NCBI GenBank assembly: GCA_040954595.2
Contig: CM082587.2
Coordinates: forward strand, 7,367,705 to 7,431,704
Source: Balanoglossus misakiensis
Lineage: Eukaryota; Animalia; Hemichordata
Length of the DNA: 64,000 nt
Direction of reading: 5' to 3'
Every line of letters starts with the position of its first letter. The first letter of the stretch is position 1. Below, piece after piece: positions 41,267-53,643 of the stretch. The notes beneath the pieces are model-generated. The model saw nothing but the letters and a program-made list of their open reading frames with translations. It was not told the origin of the DNA and searched no databases. The position numbers and the translations under genes were made by a program.

Positions 41267-42439
41267 ATGAAGCTGTTCACCATCATCACATTGACCGTTT
41301 TGACGATCGTAGCTGGCGACGACCTGCACCCCTGGCAGAGCGATTCGTGGGTGTGCAACGAAGTGAATGTCAAAAATTACAACAACGCAATATACAACGT
41401 CATTTTAACCCACGATGTGCCTTGCAACGAGGAATTGATGAAAGTCCCAGACTTACTGGCCGACAAAACTCCATTCAGAAGTGACCAGATGTACACGGCT
41501 GTGGGACCACTCATCGACGGCACCCGATCATTCCGTGTCATGCAAGTTGTCAAAGATCAACTGGACACAATTGATCTGGTAATTGCTGAATCATGTTTAC
41601 CTTTATATATATTTCTATACGCCTGCGCACCAATTTCATCATCTTTTTATTTGTGACCAAGTCTATAATGCGACGAATAGGCAAGCGATAGTATAGTCGA
41701 CTCTTTATCTAAAACAACTATCCGGAAGCGTTTGATTTACGTATAATTTAGTCTGACCTGCTCGCGACCACAAAATACGCTGATTAAAGCAGTTTGCAGT
41801 GCTTAAAGAATAGAAGATGAAAAATCTTCGTTATAACGAGATTTATTTTTTATTTTCAGGGGACTAAAATTCCCGGCGCAACGGAAACTGAATGCTTAGA
41901 CTGCAATGTGTCTTTCTACGATGGCAATATGATATATGTAGACTGCGAGGACATAGTAAGTCCACATTATTTTGAGAAATCCATTTAACATCTTTCTCAA
42001 TATTCAACATTATTGCGTCATATTTTACCTCCTTAACTTCAGTTGCATAATGAAATAAATAAGGCATTTGGATGGCTTCGTTCTGGAAAATGCACTCATA
42101 GACAGCACGAAATTAGGAATCTTCGAATTTAACCTCCACAAACGTGCGTGTGTGTGCAGTGTGTGTTCGTTCATCGTTCAAAGCACATCACGGTATCGAC
42201 GTATTTTTTTCTAGATAGTTTGTCCTAAATTTTGTAACTTTTGTATCTCTTTTTGACAGGCCTGTCCCGGGCGACTCGCCAATGAACTGTATTGGCACCC
42301 TCCAGGGCCGATTACCTTCGAAAGCCAGATCACATACTGTGCCTTCCACCGAGAAGGAAGCAAGTCCGGCTACTTCTGCAAATACTTTGAGCCAGAACAC
42401 CGCTTTGCAGGGGACAGTGTTCAAACACATTTCGTTTAA
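41267..42439 (+). CDS. Secreted 8-Cys protein family, copy 8 (195 aa)
   Basis: Exons 41267-41578, 41860-41955, 42260-42439. Confidence 0.9.
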
Positions 42440-42626
42440 CGCAATTTTGCTTTGTCACATTTGGTTTTAGAGGCTTCATTCCACGTATGAAATCACTTTC
42501 GGTATGACACAATGTATTGTGGGGTAATGGGTTACTTTGTGATTAGCTGTCGTGGACTTCATTAGTTCCAATATGTAGCTCTTAACAGTGACGTGCAATA
42601 AATCATTATCACCCAAAATGAAACCT

Positions 42627-42647
42627 GTTGTTGTTGATGATGATGAC

Positions 42648-42681
<34 letters not shown>
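42627..42681. repeat. (GTT)n/(GAT)n microsatellite
   Basis: Visible. Confidence 0.9.
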
Positions 42682-44332
42682 TTTCCATCTCTGTTCCGTA
42701 GATATCAAAAATATGATTGTAGCGAACTTGAAATAAAATAGCAATCTATAAATACATGTACGGAAATGGGATTTTGATCGCCCTTTGATTTTGCAGGGCC
42801 CTATACACTCTCTCGAAAATTCACATAATCCAATCGCTCACCGGCGAGAACGAGCCGGCAACGCCGACGGACCAATCGTCCCGTCTAGGTTGTTGCAAAA
42901 CTTGAGTGCAACCACCTTCCGGCCCACCACACAAAGAAAATCTGGTCCGTGTATCGGACACCTTTGCCCAAGGGCCACCCAACTTAGTGCCAATTTACCT
43001 AGCCTCCAGTCACCAATAGACGCCGCGGCACCAAGATCGCATGTTCATCGAGTACAACACACAACACCCAGAGTGAATCTTTACTAAAGATGGCAGCTTT
43101 TCCATCGATCTCTTCGAGGGCTATTTGGGGCATGCGCAATGCACTATCGTCAAAGCAACAGTACTTCGTTCTACGGCAATATGTTACCTGCATTTTATAA
43201 CTTTTCTCTATCTAAACTTTTAAAGCAGTTTGTTATTTTTTCAACTACAAATCCAGATGGCCTAACACATTAAAAAATCGTTTACATGCACATTTTATTA
43301 CTATAAGCCCTAATAGTGTTTTATTATGTCGTTAACGGATAAGAAATTTAAAGAGCCTTATGGATGATAACATTTGTAAAGGCCATCTGTCAGCTCATAG
43401 CAAGTAGACATTTGAGGCACGAAAACAACACCTTATTCACAACAGATAAACTTAAAAGTGCTGTTCTGGGAATGTATTAGAAATATAACTAGTGGCTTTA
43501 CATTCCTGCAAAATATGGAAAAAATGGCGATATTTGGCAGCATCCCAGAACACATTTTACAGACTTTGAAGTGTTACAGTCTCATACATTATAGTGAACT
43601 ACTGCATTGAAGATGCAGAATCCCTATTACAGTACATGCAATGTACAGAAACAATATTCGTATTATACTCGCACTTGAATTGTATCGTGTTTTGCCAAGA
43701 AAATTGGAATTGTATTGTGGTTTTTCCGTGAATTAAATGTCGAAACAATTGCCTTGGTGCCAGTCTGTACGTTACATGGAAATCCTGCTGGTCGCATGCA
43801 TGGGTCGAATTTATCAATTGTCTTCTCCGCATTTGTTGAAACTCAGAAACATTATTCTCGCGTATTTTTTTTATGTTCTAACGAAACGGAATTAAAATAA
43901 TAGAGAATACCATAATAGTACAGTAGGTTAATTTATAAGCACGGTGATTTATATAAGAACAGAGAGCTTTCTTGCCCAATCGACATCTGACTGTTATCAG
44001 CCATATCCCTCCAGGAACAGGTTAGTTGTGTGGTATTTACAAAACATTGTTTTTCCCGAGAAACTGTAGTCATGCCGGGTAAAAGTCACACTTTACAAAG
44101 TTACATTCAGTAATATTGTTTTAGCAAGCATTGTTGTCTTGGCATTTTATGGACTTCAATACCTGCCGCCTGTATACTGTTTGAACGTTCTGCCATTTTG
44201 ATACGTGTCTTATTTTTAATGGTGAAAAAAAGTGTCGGTACTCAACAAATGAGCTTATAAGAAAATGTGTTATTTTTACCGCAACTGGGAATAACCAATT
44301 TCCCTTGCATTAACTCAAACAGACAACGCATT

Positions 44333-46469
44333 ATGGGGTTGTTTCTCGTCATACTGACTATTGTGACGATCGTGGCCGGCGATCAGGACCAACCCTGGCA
44401 GAGCGAGCCTTGGGTCTGCAAGGTTGTCAACGTGAAACTGTACGACGATGCAATCTATAACGTTCTCATAACACACGACGTACCTTGCAACGAAGAGGTT
44501 ATGGAAGTTCCCAACATGGTGGCGGGCCAAACTCCAATCAGAAGCCATCGGATGTACTCGGCTGTGGGGCCATTCTTCGACGCCACAAGGACCTTCCGTG
44601 TCATGCAAGTCGTCCCTGATAAAATCGACACAATTGACCTGGTAACTATCAAAGATTCGAACATTCATTTCTGTGTTGTACAACAATCAATCGATCAATC
44701 AATCGACCAATGTGATTAAACCAAATATTGCCCAGACTTAGTGTTGTTACGAACCAAAAACTCGCAACACAAACATCCAGACAGCAACAACAATGATACA
44801 CAGTACACCCAAAGTTATACGTTTCACTGCGAATCTATTTGTCACAGGAAGAAAATGAATATCATAGTACAAGCACTGAAACTTAAATGTTACTAGGGTT
44901 CTTACTGAAATATTGTAATGTCCTCAAGAAACTTGTATCAGTTCCGCGGTAATATTACACACGTGGTGAGCGGACGCGATAATTCAGTGTTCCGTGAGTT
45001 CTCTGCACCGACCCGACGATGGTTCACGCTGGCGTGCTGCTTTCTCACACAGTTCTTTCCTGAAGTCCTCTCAGAAGAAATTAACAGGTTCACTCCACTT
45101 ACAGTTGCTGGCGTAGACATGCATTTTAAGTCCGAGAGCAACGCTGAATTCAAACCAACAGGACATACCGACGTGCTGAACTTCAACACCGAGCTCCCAC
45201 GTGGATTACAAGATTCCAGTCCCCGTCGCTCATGGCCGAGTGCAACTTGTCTGTTTTCTGGTCGGCTCACGCCACTTGACTGCCGTTGCAGAGAGTCAAA
45301 AATCAAAAACCCTTACGTAATATTCAAAATACCCAGGTGTACGGCTACTACAGCTAATGCTATGTTAATGACGTACACCCTTATTGTTCATCCACCACTG
45401 ATATTTAAATTCTATGTCCTTCGTAACAGTATGCATAGAGACAGTAAATTGTCTTTGCAATTCTTCGATTATTTTATACTGAACATGTAATGTGTGAGTT
45501 ATTTGTTGTTGTTGTTAAGAATATATTAATGAATTATCATTCATAATAATAAATATGGTAAATCACGTTTATCTTTATATAATGTTCATTTACAGGGAGA
45601 AAAACTTCCCGATGAAATGGCGAACGAATGTCTAGATTGTACCATTAATCAATACGCCACCAATATGTCATATGTACAGTGCGAGGACATGGCAAGTTCA
45701 GAATTTTTACAATTTCGATATATTTTTGTTTTGTTTCCTGCGATTGATTTCTTCACCAACAGCAGAAAACGGGGTCGTTTTGAGTGGCTATGTGGCATTC
45801 TGTCAAATATTGCATGTGATTGAACAGTGAGGCCTCCTCTTGATCACCGATTTTGCAATATTTGTCGCTGTGGTTATTCGAATAGAAAAAAACACACACA
45901 CACAAATACAGATATGTAACATCTACAGCCAGATAATAAGTAAGCGATAGACTTGCCTTTTCCACTCTGTTACAAGTGGGTTTTTTATATAATGCGTGTA
46001 GTTGCAAGGCCGCGGCGTTGTAATGATACGTGAACAAATTTTTTGTCAAACCTGCCACTGAGGGGGCTCTTGTGACCCATTTTTACCAGTGCATGAACTG
46101 ACCTGCAGTCAGTCAGAATCGGAGGCGGATCGTGAATTGTTTCGGCATAAATAGCATGTATAAATTTGTTACGAACATAAGAATGCAATTCCGTGGTTCG
46201 TTACTTGTAAAGTGTTACTTGCTGTATTGACGGTGGTGGGATATTCGAGACAGTTTGCCTTACACTATATACTGTGTATCTACCCTTCGTAGATTTGTCC
46301 TGAACGACTTTCCCGGGAACTGTACTGGCACCCTCCAGGAGACATCACCTTCTTGAGTGATTCCACGTACTGCGGTTTCAGAAGAGAAGGAAGCGCCACC
46401 AACTACTTCTGCAAACATTACAAGCCAGAACATCCTTTTGAGGAGGCAAAGACAGCGAACGCTGTGTAA
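44333..46469 (+). CDS. Secreted 8-Cys protein family, copy 9 (193 aa; GC-AG second coding intron)
   Basis: Exons 44333-44641, 45596-45691, 46293-46469; the donor after the 96-nt exon reads GCAAGT. Confidence 0.85.
44745..45428. mobile_element. Solo-LTR-like element (684 bp, TGTTACGA...TCGTAACA) in an intron of copy 9
   Basis: TG...CA ends with 8-bp inverted termini; flanks GTGT / GTAT; near-identical second copy at 58009. Confidence 0.8.
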
Positions 46470-47514
46470 TGTAACACCAAAAATAAATGTAATAAAACTA
46501 CCAAAAAGTATCATTGTCCACAAAGGTAATAAAATAAAAAAATGCAATTGTCATAATAACCTAGTGCCTTGATGAGAATTAATTGGGCTCATAAACTCTA
46601 CCGGCCGCCATATATACATGAAGGTTGATTTTTTGGCTCGCTTGGTCGTGTGACTTGATCATGTGATCTGCTGGCATCGGGTCACATTAGTCCGGCTACA
46701 GCTCCGGTTAGTAAATACCTCAACAGATTTATATACATGTACACGATGCAGAATGAAGTTGTCCCCAATCTGTCGAGGCCACCCATTCGTCGCTATATAC
46801 CAATGCGACTGCGTCTCCTCAACATCAAATGATATCACACGCGTTGCTTGTTGTCGGAGTCAGGGACCAGATTGGTAATTTAAACAAAACAACGTGCGCT
46901 GTCAATAATTCAGCTGCCAGTGTTTGTATTTTGGTACTGGGGCTTACGAAGGTTTTATGCAGCACGTTAGGTTGCGTGCCGGCAGTGTTAAGTTAGGAAG
47001 GATTGCGGTTTTGTTCGGGATTACACAGAACACCCAGAGCTGCAGACGGCTAAAATATCTCCGCACCGATGCAAGCCATGCCTACGGTTATTCCACATAC
47101 AACTGCGCGTGCGCCGGATGCCTAAATAACCATGGGACCACTCATGCCATACGGTAAGGTAGGTATACTGCTTCAACTCCACACGCATACGTCGTGGTAT
47201 CAAAATCTCCTTCCGTTGAACAATGGCGGTACCAGATATTTTTTTAAAAAAATAATTGATTTGGAAAATTTCACCAAAGATTTCCGAAAAAAAAATCACA
47301 TTCATTTCATTTCATTAAGCTGATGCGGAAATTCAACCCAGCAGCGAAATTAATGACAATAATTAGGTCATTTGAATATCAGGACGATGATATTCATCAC
47401 GTCACATCACATCACATCACATCACACCACACCACACCACATCACATCTCATCACATCAAAGACGAATAATTACAGAACGTGTTTTTTTCAAATACTGTA
47501 ATCCCAATGACATC

Positions 47515-48879
47515 CTAATGAGTAAATACTGCGTGAAGAACTTGTGCCACCATTGAAACATTAACTGCGGTGCCTACGAGGTAACAAAGTGCTCGAAACG
47601 GCTGGATTCCGTTCAAGTAACATATTGTGTGCAGAAAACGAGAAATCGCGAAAACACGAAAGTGCCAGACAGCGATGGTGGCATCGGGACCGATTGTCAG
47701 GTACAAGGCACCCAGTGCAAGAAATGGAGTGATGTTCTCCAGGTCGTTCAAATGACATCTGAAAAGAATCGTAGAAGAATGTGTCAAGTGTGTTAAAAAT
47801 GACACGAACTCGTTGCTGTGCCTGGTTGAGGGCGCTATACAGAGTTACCTTTGGAACCGCCTCTGAAGGTCAGTACCAATTATCATGCGGCTTACATAAC
47901 TTAAGAATTTCAGAAACGTGTTTGGTGATTTCGCCAACAATGGACATGCACACGTACAGCCTTTGGGGGAATTCCTTTGCCAAGTAATAGACTACTCGTA
48001 CTAACGTGACCATAAAGCAGGTTTCGCCGCTAAGTGACCCGGAGGTGGTAGGGTGTGTTGCTGACGTCACGGTTCATGTACATATTCTTGGCCTTATTTG
48101 AAAGATATTCAAACAAAGGTATTCACAGTGCAGGCCAAACCAAATGCTTGAATTATTGACAATGCATTGGGCTTTACGTTCGACCTTTGGCCATCAATCA
48201 TCACGCAGCTGGAATATGTAAATTGAATTATGGAGGTAGAAGATTCCACCTTCGCGGTTGGGGGAGTGATTTTAATGGCGTCACCCGCAGAAAATGGACA
48301 GCTGACATTCAAAGACACAGATACCTTCTGACCCTTTCGACGGCTCCATGGATCTTGGGTTGGTCCACTTTCATTTTGGGGTTATCTTCGAGGTTCGCGA
48401 ATGCCTGATCAAGAAACCAACAAGTCAGGGCTGTGTTAATAATTATCCCATGAGATAATTAATACATAACATGTTTGGCCCCACCCCCTAATATGATGAT
48501 GATTTTGGGGAGAATGGGATTTTTCGAACTGTAACTAAGGTAAACTCCCTTTACAAACAAGAATGCCGTAATGAACAACTACAGACAATGAACTCGGTGG
48601 TAATTATGAAGAAGATCGTACATGAAAGGTGTCTAAAATCGTCACAACCATGGCGTGCCAAGCAGTTCTTCACTTGCAACGGGGTACAGAGAGTGCATTG
48701 GGCGGAATGGGGGGGGGGGGGGGGGGGGGCTAACCGTACACTGCAGAACTTCAATTTACCTGGTGTTTGAATCTTTGCCGCACCGTCAGCGGACCCATAA
48801 GCATCATCTTAGCGACGCACGCGGAGCCGCACATGGCGAAAGACCGGAACACGTCATTCTCAAGGGTGAAAGCTGCCAT
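47515..48879 (-). CDS. MGST1: Microsomal glutathione S-transferase 1-like (MAPEG), copy A (147 aa)
   Basis: Exons 48879-48760, 48404-48325, 47758-47515: MAAFTLENDVFRSF...FANLEDNPK...VERVRRCHLNDLENITPFLALGALY...HFRVFAISRFLHTICYL; MGST1 signature motifs. Confidence 0.92.
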
Positions 48880-49530
48880 GCTTTCAGTCGGGTCACTCGC
48901 TGTTGTATCACGATCGGGTCAGTAGAGCTGGTCAGTAGCGATCATGCATATACATGTACATGTATATCTATTCAGGTGTGCGGGGATTAACAACGTCACT
49001 CTCACGCGCATGCTCATTGTCGAGTATTGCGAAGTTCAGTGTTTTCAGCCAGAACGTGCAATGTAGATCGCCGGTTTTTTTGCGGGCACAATACGTAAGC
49101 TGTCTAAATTTTAAGCTTGTGACTTCTTGTTAAAGTTCGGGCCTACAAATGACAAAACATCAATCATTTGCACAACTGAAAATAAAACCCCACAGACATA
49201 CAGTATGTGTTACCTTTTAATGGAATTTTGTTTTCACTCAGTGTAAAACACAAATCGCGTCACTCATCAAGAGCAAAAGCAGCAATTTACATTGAAAATG
49301 CGTTCATATATTGTGATCAACGTCAGAGTCTGAATATACTTAGTGGCACGTTAGATGTAGCCACACCATCGTCAAGGTGAGGTTGTGACCTTTCAAAAGA
49401 CATGTCAAAGATCCTTCACTACCAGCTCAATGAGTTCTAAGCGAAATAGAGGAAGAAAAAAAGCGCGAAAACACTGAACTACAGCAATTGCAAGTTAGTA
49501 ATATGTTACTTTATGGTAAATATTACAAAA

Positions 49531-51164
49531 CTAATTAGTGTACACAGCATATAGAACCTGTGCTGCCATCGAGAAATTCACGATGGCGCCGACTACGTAG
49601 GCGATGCCACGAAACGGTTGCTTTCGGGACAGGTAGGCGATGGTGTGTATAAAGCGGGCGACTGCGAAAATCCGGAAGTGCCAGATAGCCTTGCCGGAAT
49701 CCGGATTGGTTGTCAGGTACAGTGCGCCCAGAGCAAGGAATGTCGGGATGTTTTCTATGTCGTTCAGGTGACTCCTGAAAAGATGCATGAGAGAAAGCGA
49801 GAAAGTGGCATGAGGAATTAGTGGAATCTCTCCCCTTTCTCTCATAGAGCTTGAGTCTTACACTGTAGCTGAGAGAATGTAGTGGTCATATCACGTGTAT
49901 TGCCTCCGATTCGGTGTAAGTCGCAGAGGATAGATGAGTCGACTTGCGGGCCACTTTCATGACCTCCGTATGACCTCACATCTTTGTACTTCCCGTGGTG
50001 TGGTAGTTGTCAAAATTCAACATTTCGGTACAAGAAATGCGTAAAATACTGTTTGAAAAAGAGTCATCTTGCTGATTTAGCACATGATGCACTGACTACA
50101 GCTGCAACTATAGAATGACCACACTTGCATGAAACGTGATGTTCATGTGCACCGTGTTGGACCCGTGCTTGTCAGTCACCCGTACCCGTCACCTATACTC
50201 AGTACTAAGGTCAAAGAGTACTTTGTCAATAGGCGAGCGCTATGGGTCAGTTGGGGTAAAGTCCACCCGGGGACAATTCCTTATGTGTTGGGGGAACGGA
50301 TCTGATTCATTTTCACACGACTGTGTGCCTATCCGGACAGACTCACACAGTGTTATAAGTGCCAAGTACCTTTTGATCCGGTCAACGGTTTCACTGGTCT
50401 TCAACTCGTACCCAGCGTATTTCCGTCCAGCATCTTCAGGATTTGCGAACGCCTATGACAACAACGATAGCATTATTTTCATGTAGTTCTTTGAAGAATG
50501 AGAAAAAAGCCACAGGTGTTTCGAACAAACATATAACGATTAATTCATACACACATGCACATAGGGCTGGTCCTCGCTTCAGAGTGCCAGCGAGCTCAGC
50601 CGGCCCGGGGACTATACATACGCGAGATATTTCGATTTACCCAACTCCAAATTTATTTGCTTACCTGTTCAATTTAAGTGGGTCATTCTATACAAATGTA
50701 GAATCAAATCACTTCATTTTTCTCCCGAGAATCTTGGCCAACATTCCATTCAACCAAATTGTTAAATATCTGACCCCGTCACCAAATATCAGTTTGCATT
50801 GGCGTTTATTTCCAACTCAATGTATTTTTCCCGGTTAAATAACAACGGTGATCGTGGACGTCCACGCTCAAACTATGTTCAACGGGTAAAATTTAAATGA
50901 ATCCGGCTGCATGGTAACAGCCACGAATGTACTTCTGTTCACGTTGTGTTAATATAAGCTTAACCGCAAGCACACGCGTGAGTCACTTTACATTATAGGA
51001 ACATGCAAGTTTATGGTCGTATGCTCCGTTTCCATGACACTCACCTTCTCCCTGAGTCTGTGGAATGACGTCATGGGACCCATACACATCATCTTAACGA
51101 TGGAGACAGTGCCACAGGTGACGTAGGACCGGAAAGCGTCGTTGTCAAGGTTAAAAACAGCCAT
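49531..51164 (-). CDS. MGST1: MGST1-like (MAPEG), copy B (148 aa)
   Basis: Exons 51164-51045, 50452-50370, 49774-49531: FANPEDA...VDRIKRSHLNDIENIPTF...HFRIFAVARFIHTIAYL. Confidence 0.92.
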
Positions 51165-52142
51165 TTTTTCGTAAAACGAAACCAACTCAATAATTTGCGG
51201 AGACACTGTGCGTTGTCCGAGGGCCACGCTATCTGTTCAAGAGACTATCCGGCAGGTCAAATGTACATAAAGTTCCTTTGCCTAGCAGTCGGCTCCTCTG
51301 CGCATGTTCGCTCACCGACAAAGTAGTGGATATTATCCTGTGTCCGTGTTGACCAAAGTTCAAAGGCTGCGAGCTAACGTACGTTTAACATGTTCAACGA
51401 TTTTCCAGAATGGAAAAGGTACTCCTTTCGGTACACTGTGGGCGTCGAAAGAAGGAGTTTACATGTTATTATCCGATTCGTTTTTTTATAGTTTTTTTTT
51501 TATAATTTTCCTGATGACCACTCCAGAAAGGTTAAACTTTAGTTTCTATGGTTACGCAGTTTGGCTGTGCGCTGCTACAAGAGCATGCATGCATCAGTTG
51601 ATGATTAACAAACGCACGTGTCCTCCGTCACGGATATAAATTTTGAAAATAAACGACAAAAACTTCGACAAGTTTTGTATAAAATTACAATACATGTACT
51701 TGATTACCTATAAGGACATGGGAATTATTAATCATCAAAAGAACACGATGACGTCAAAGTCTGAAATAAGTTGTGGACGTATTCTTTATTTCAGCTATGC
51801 CGTGTGAGTGTGTTTGGTTTGTGCCCGAAAGGTCGTGGTGTACCCAAAGTATCGTGCTACCTGGGCTGTCATTTGTCAAAAAGTGTCAGGTACGCGCTAT
51901 TCTGTCCTATGTCCAGCATTGGTCAAAGCGTCGACAGTCTGGCCTACGGTCCAAGTATCGAGCGTTCTGATTGGTCACGTGAACGCATATTTCTTGTGTC
52001 TCACTGGGATTATTCAATTTTAAAAATAGTGAACAACATACGTCATATAAATGTCAAATATTCAAAAATTAGACATGACAGGCATATTACTGGTATCTCA
52101 AATAGGATGAAACCCTGTGTTATCGCTTATCAACAACGCCCT

Positions 52143-53643
52143 CTATGAGAAGACAGCGTAGAGAATTTGCAGGGCCATTGACACGTTGACAACTTGGCCA
52201 ACCAGGTAGGACAGACCGCGACCCGGCGTGTTTTCGTTCAGATAGCAAACGGTGTGCAGTACACGAGAAATCAGGAACACACGGAAGTGCCAGATTGCCC
52301 ACCATGCAGCGGGGTCGGTCGTCAGGTACATGGCGCCCAGAGCGAGGAATGCCGGGATGTTTTCCAGGTCGTTCTGATGGCACCTGGCGCGAAAAAGTAT
52401 ATAGGGGATCAAATACCTCATGAAGAACATACAGTTGGGTTCATGCATCTGAGATTTAAAATACCGTAGCCTGATTTTGCAAAATATGTTAAAATCAAAG
52501 GAGTAATACTGGTAGAACTAGAAAGCACCTCCAAAATCAACGTCTTAAACTTTTTCTGATATTTGCTAGGCGATGTTAGATTATTCTTCTCTTATGACAT
52601 TTAGAGAAAAAATGGGGTCAAAGTGCAAAGTTTGAACGAGAGAGCAAAATTGTCTCAAATTTGTTGATTTTTCGCACTGCTTTCCATGGCAGATCATGGC
52701 TGACTACTGGGTCATGAGTTTATCAACACTGAAAATGGGCGGAGTTCTTATTAATATTCCGGAGTGAAATTCACAATAACAATATGCGGAAGGTAACATA
52801 TGGACTGGGTGTCTTACAGGCGTTTGCTCTGTGCTGTAGCAAAACGAGAAAATAGCAGCTCATGGACGGAACTAAAGTTACTGCCTTATATCAGTGAAAG
52901 TCTGCTTACGGCGGCTTACAACAACCTACCTCCTAACCCGTTCAACAGCTTCGCTCTTCCTGGGCTCTCTTCCTCTCCATTTTGCATCTTCAGGGTTTGT
53001 CCAAGCCTGCAGTAAATATGAAGCTTTCTAATCCATGCGAAATAAAACCGGCACGGGTGTTTAAGCTTATCAAACACATTCTATATGTGTACTGTCAGCC
53101 TAGATCTTGTAAAAATGGGATTTAATTCCAGACTTGTATGAAGCATACATGTAATAGTACTCGAAAAAAATTATGAGCGAACTTCATTTTTTTAAAATTA
53201 AAGTTGGTGTCATGTATCAAATGACTTGCTCTCAGGAGAAAATTCAGGCGGTCGGCCATTTTTTTTCGAAACGTTGTCAGAGAGTTTTGTCTACTTTGCT
53301 GTTGCGATGAAGGGGTCAGCAACAGTTTGGCACGACTAAAACCACCTGCCCCCCCCCCCCTAGAAACTGGTCAGTCCCTCATCGACTAGTATTTCTGCGC
53401 ACGCACCCTAGACTGTCCTCGCCTTCTACTCGCCACCATTACAACATGCACCTCGACCTGGGACTAACTGCGTCGGGCGGCCGGGCAGCGCACTTTATAA
53501 GCACCCTGGACACTCACCTTATGTTTCCGTCTTTGCACTGACGTCATCGGCGCCAAAAAGAGCATTTTCAGGATAACAGCCGACCCGCAGGCCAGAAAAG
53601 ACCCGAAGGCTTCGTTGTCGAGATTCAGAAAGTCCGCCATCAT
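52143..53643 (-). CDS. MGST1: MGST1-like (MAPEG), copy C (147 aa)
   Basis: Exons 53643-53518, 53006-52930, 52383-52143: WTNPEDA...VERVRRCHQNDLENIPAF...HFRVFLISRVLHTVCYL. Confidence 0.92.

Noticed and set aside
44918-45490. 190-aa ORF duplicated at 58180
   Set aside because: Lies inside the LTR-like repeat, the second copy has an earlier stop, and no recognisable domain is present.
50070-50082. ARE/MARE-like TGCTGATTTAGCA near MGST copies
   Set aside because: Imperfect short motif expected by chance; no conservation evidence.
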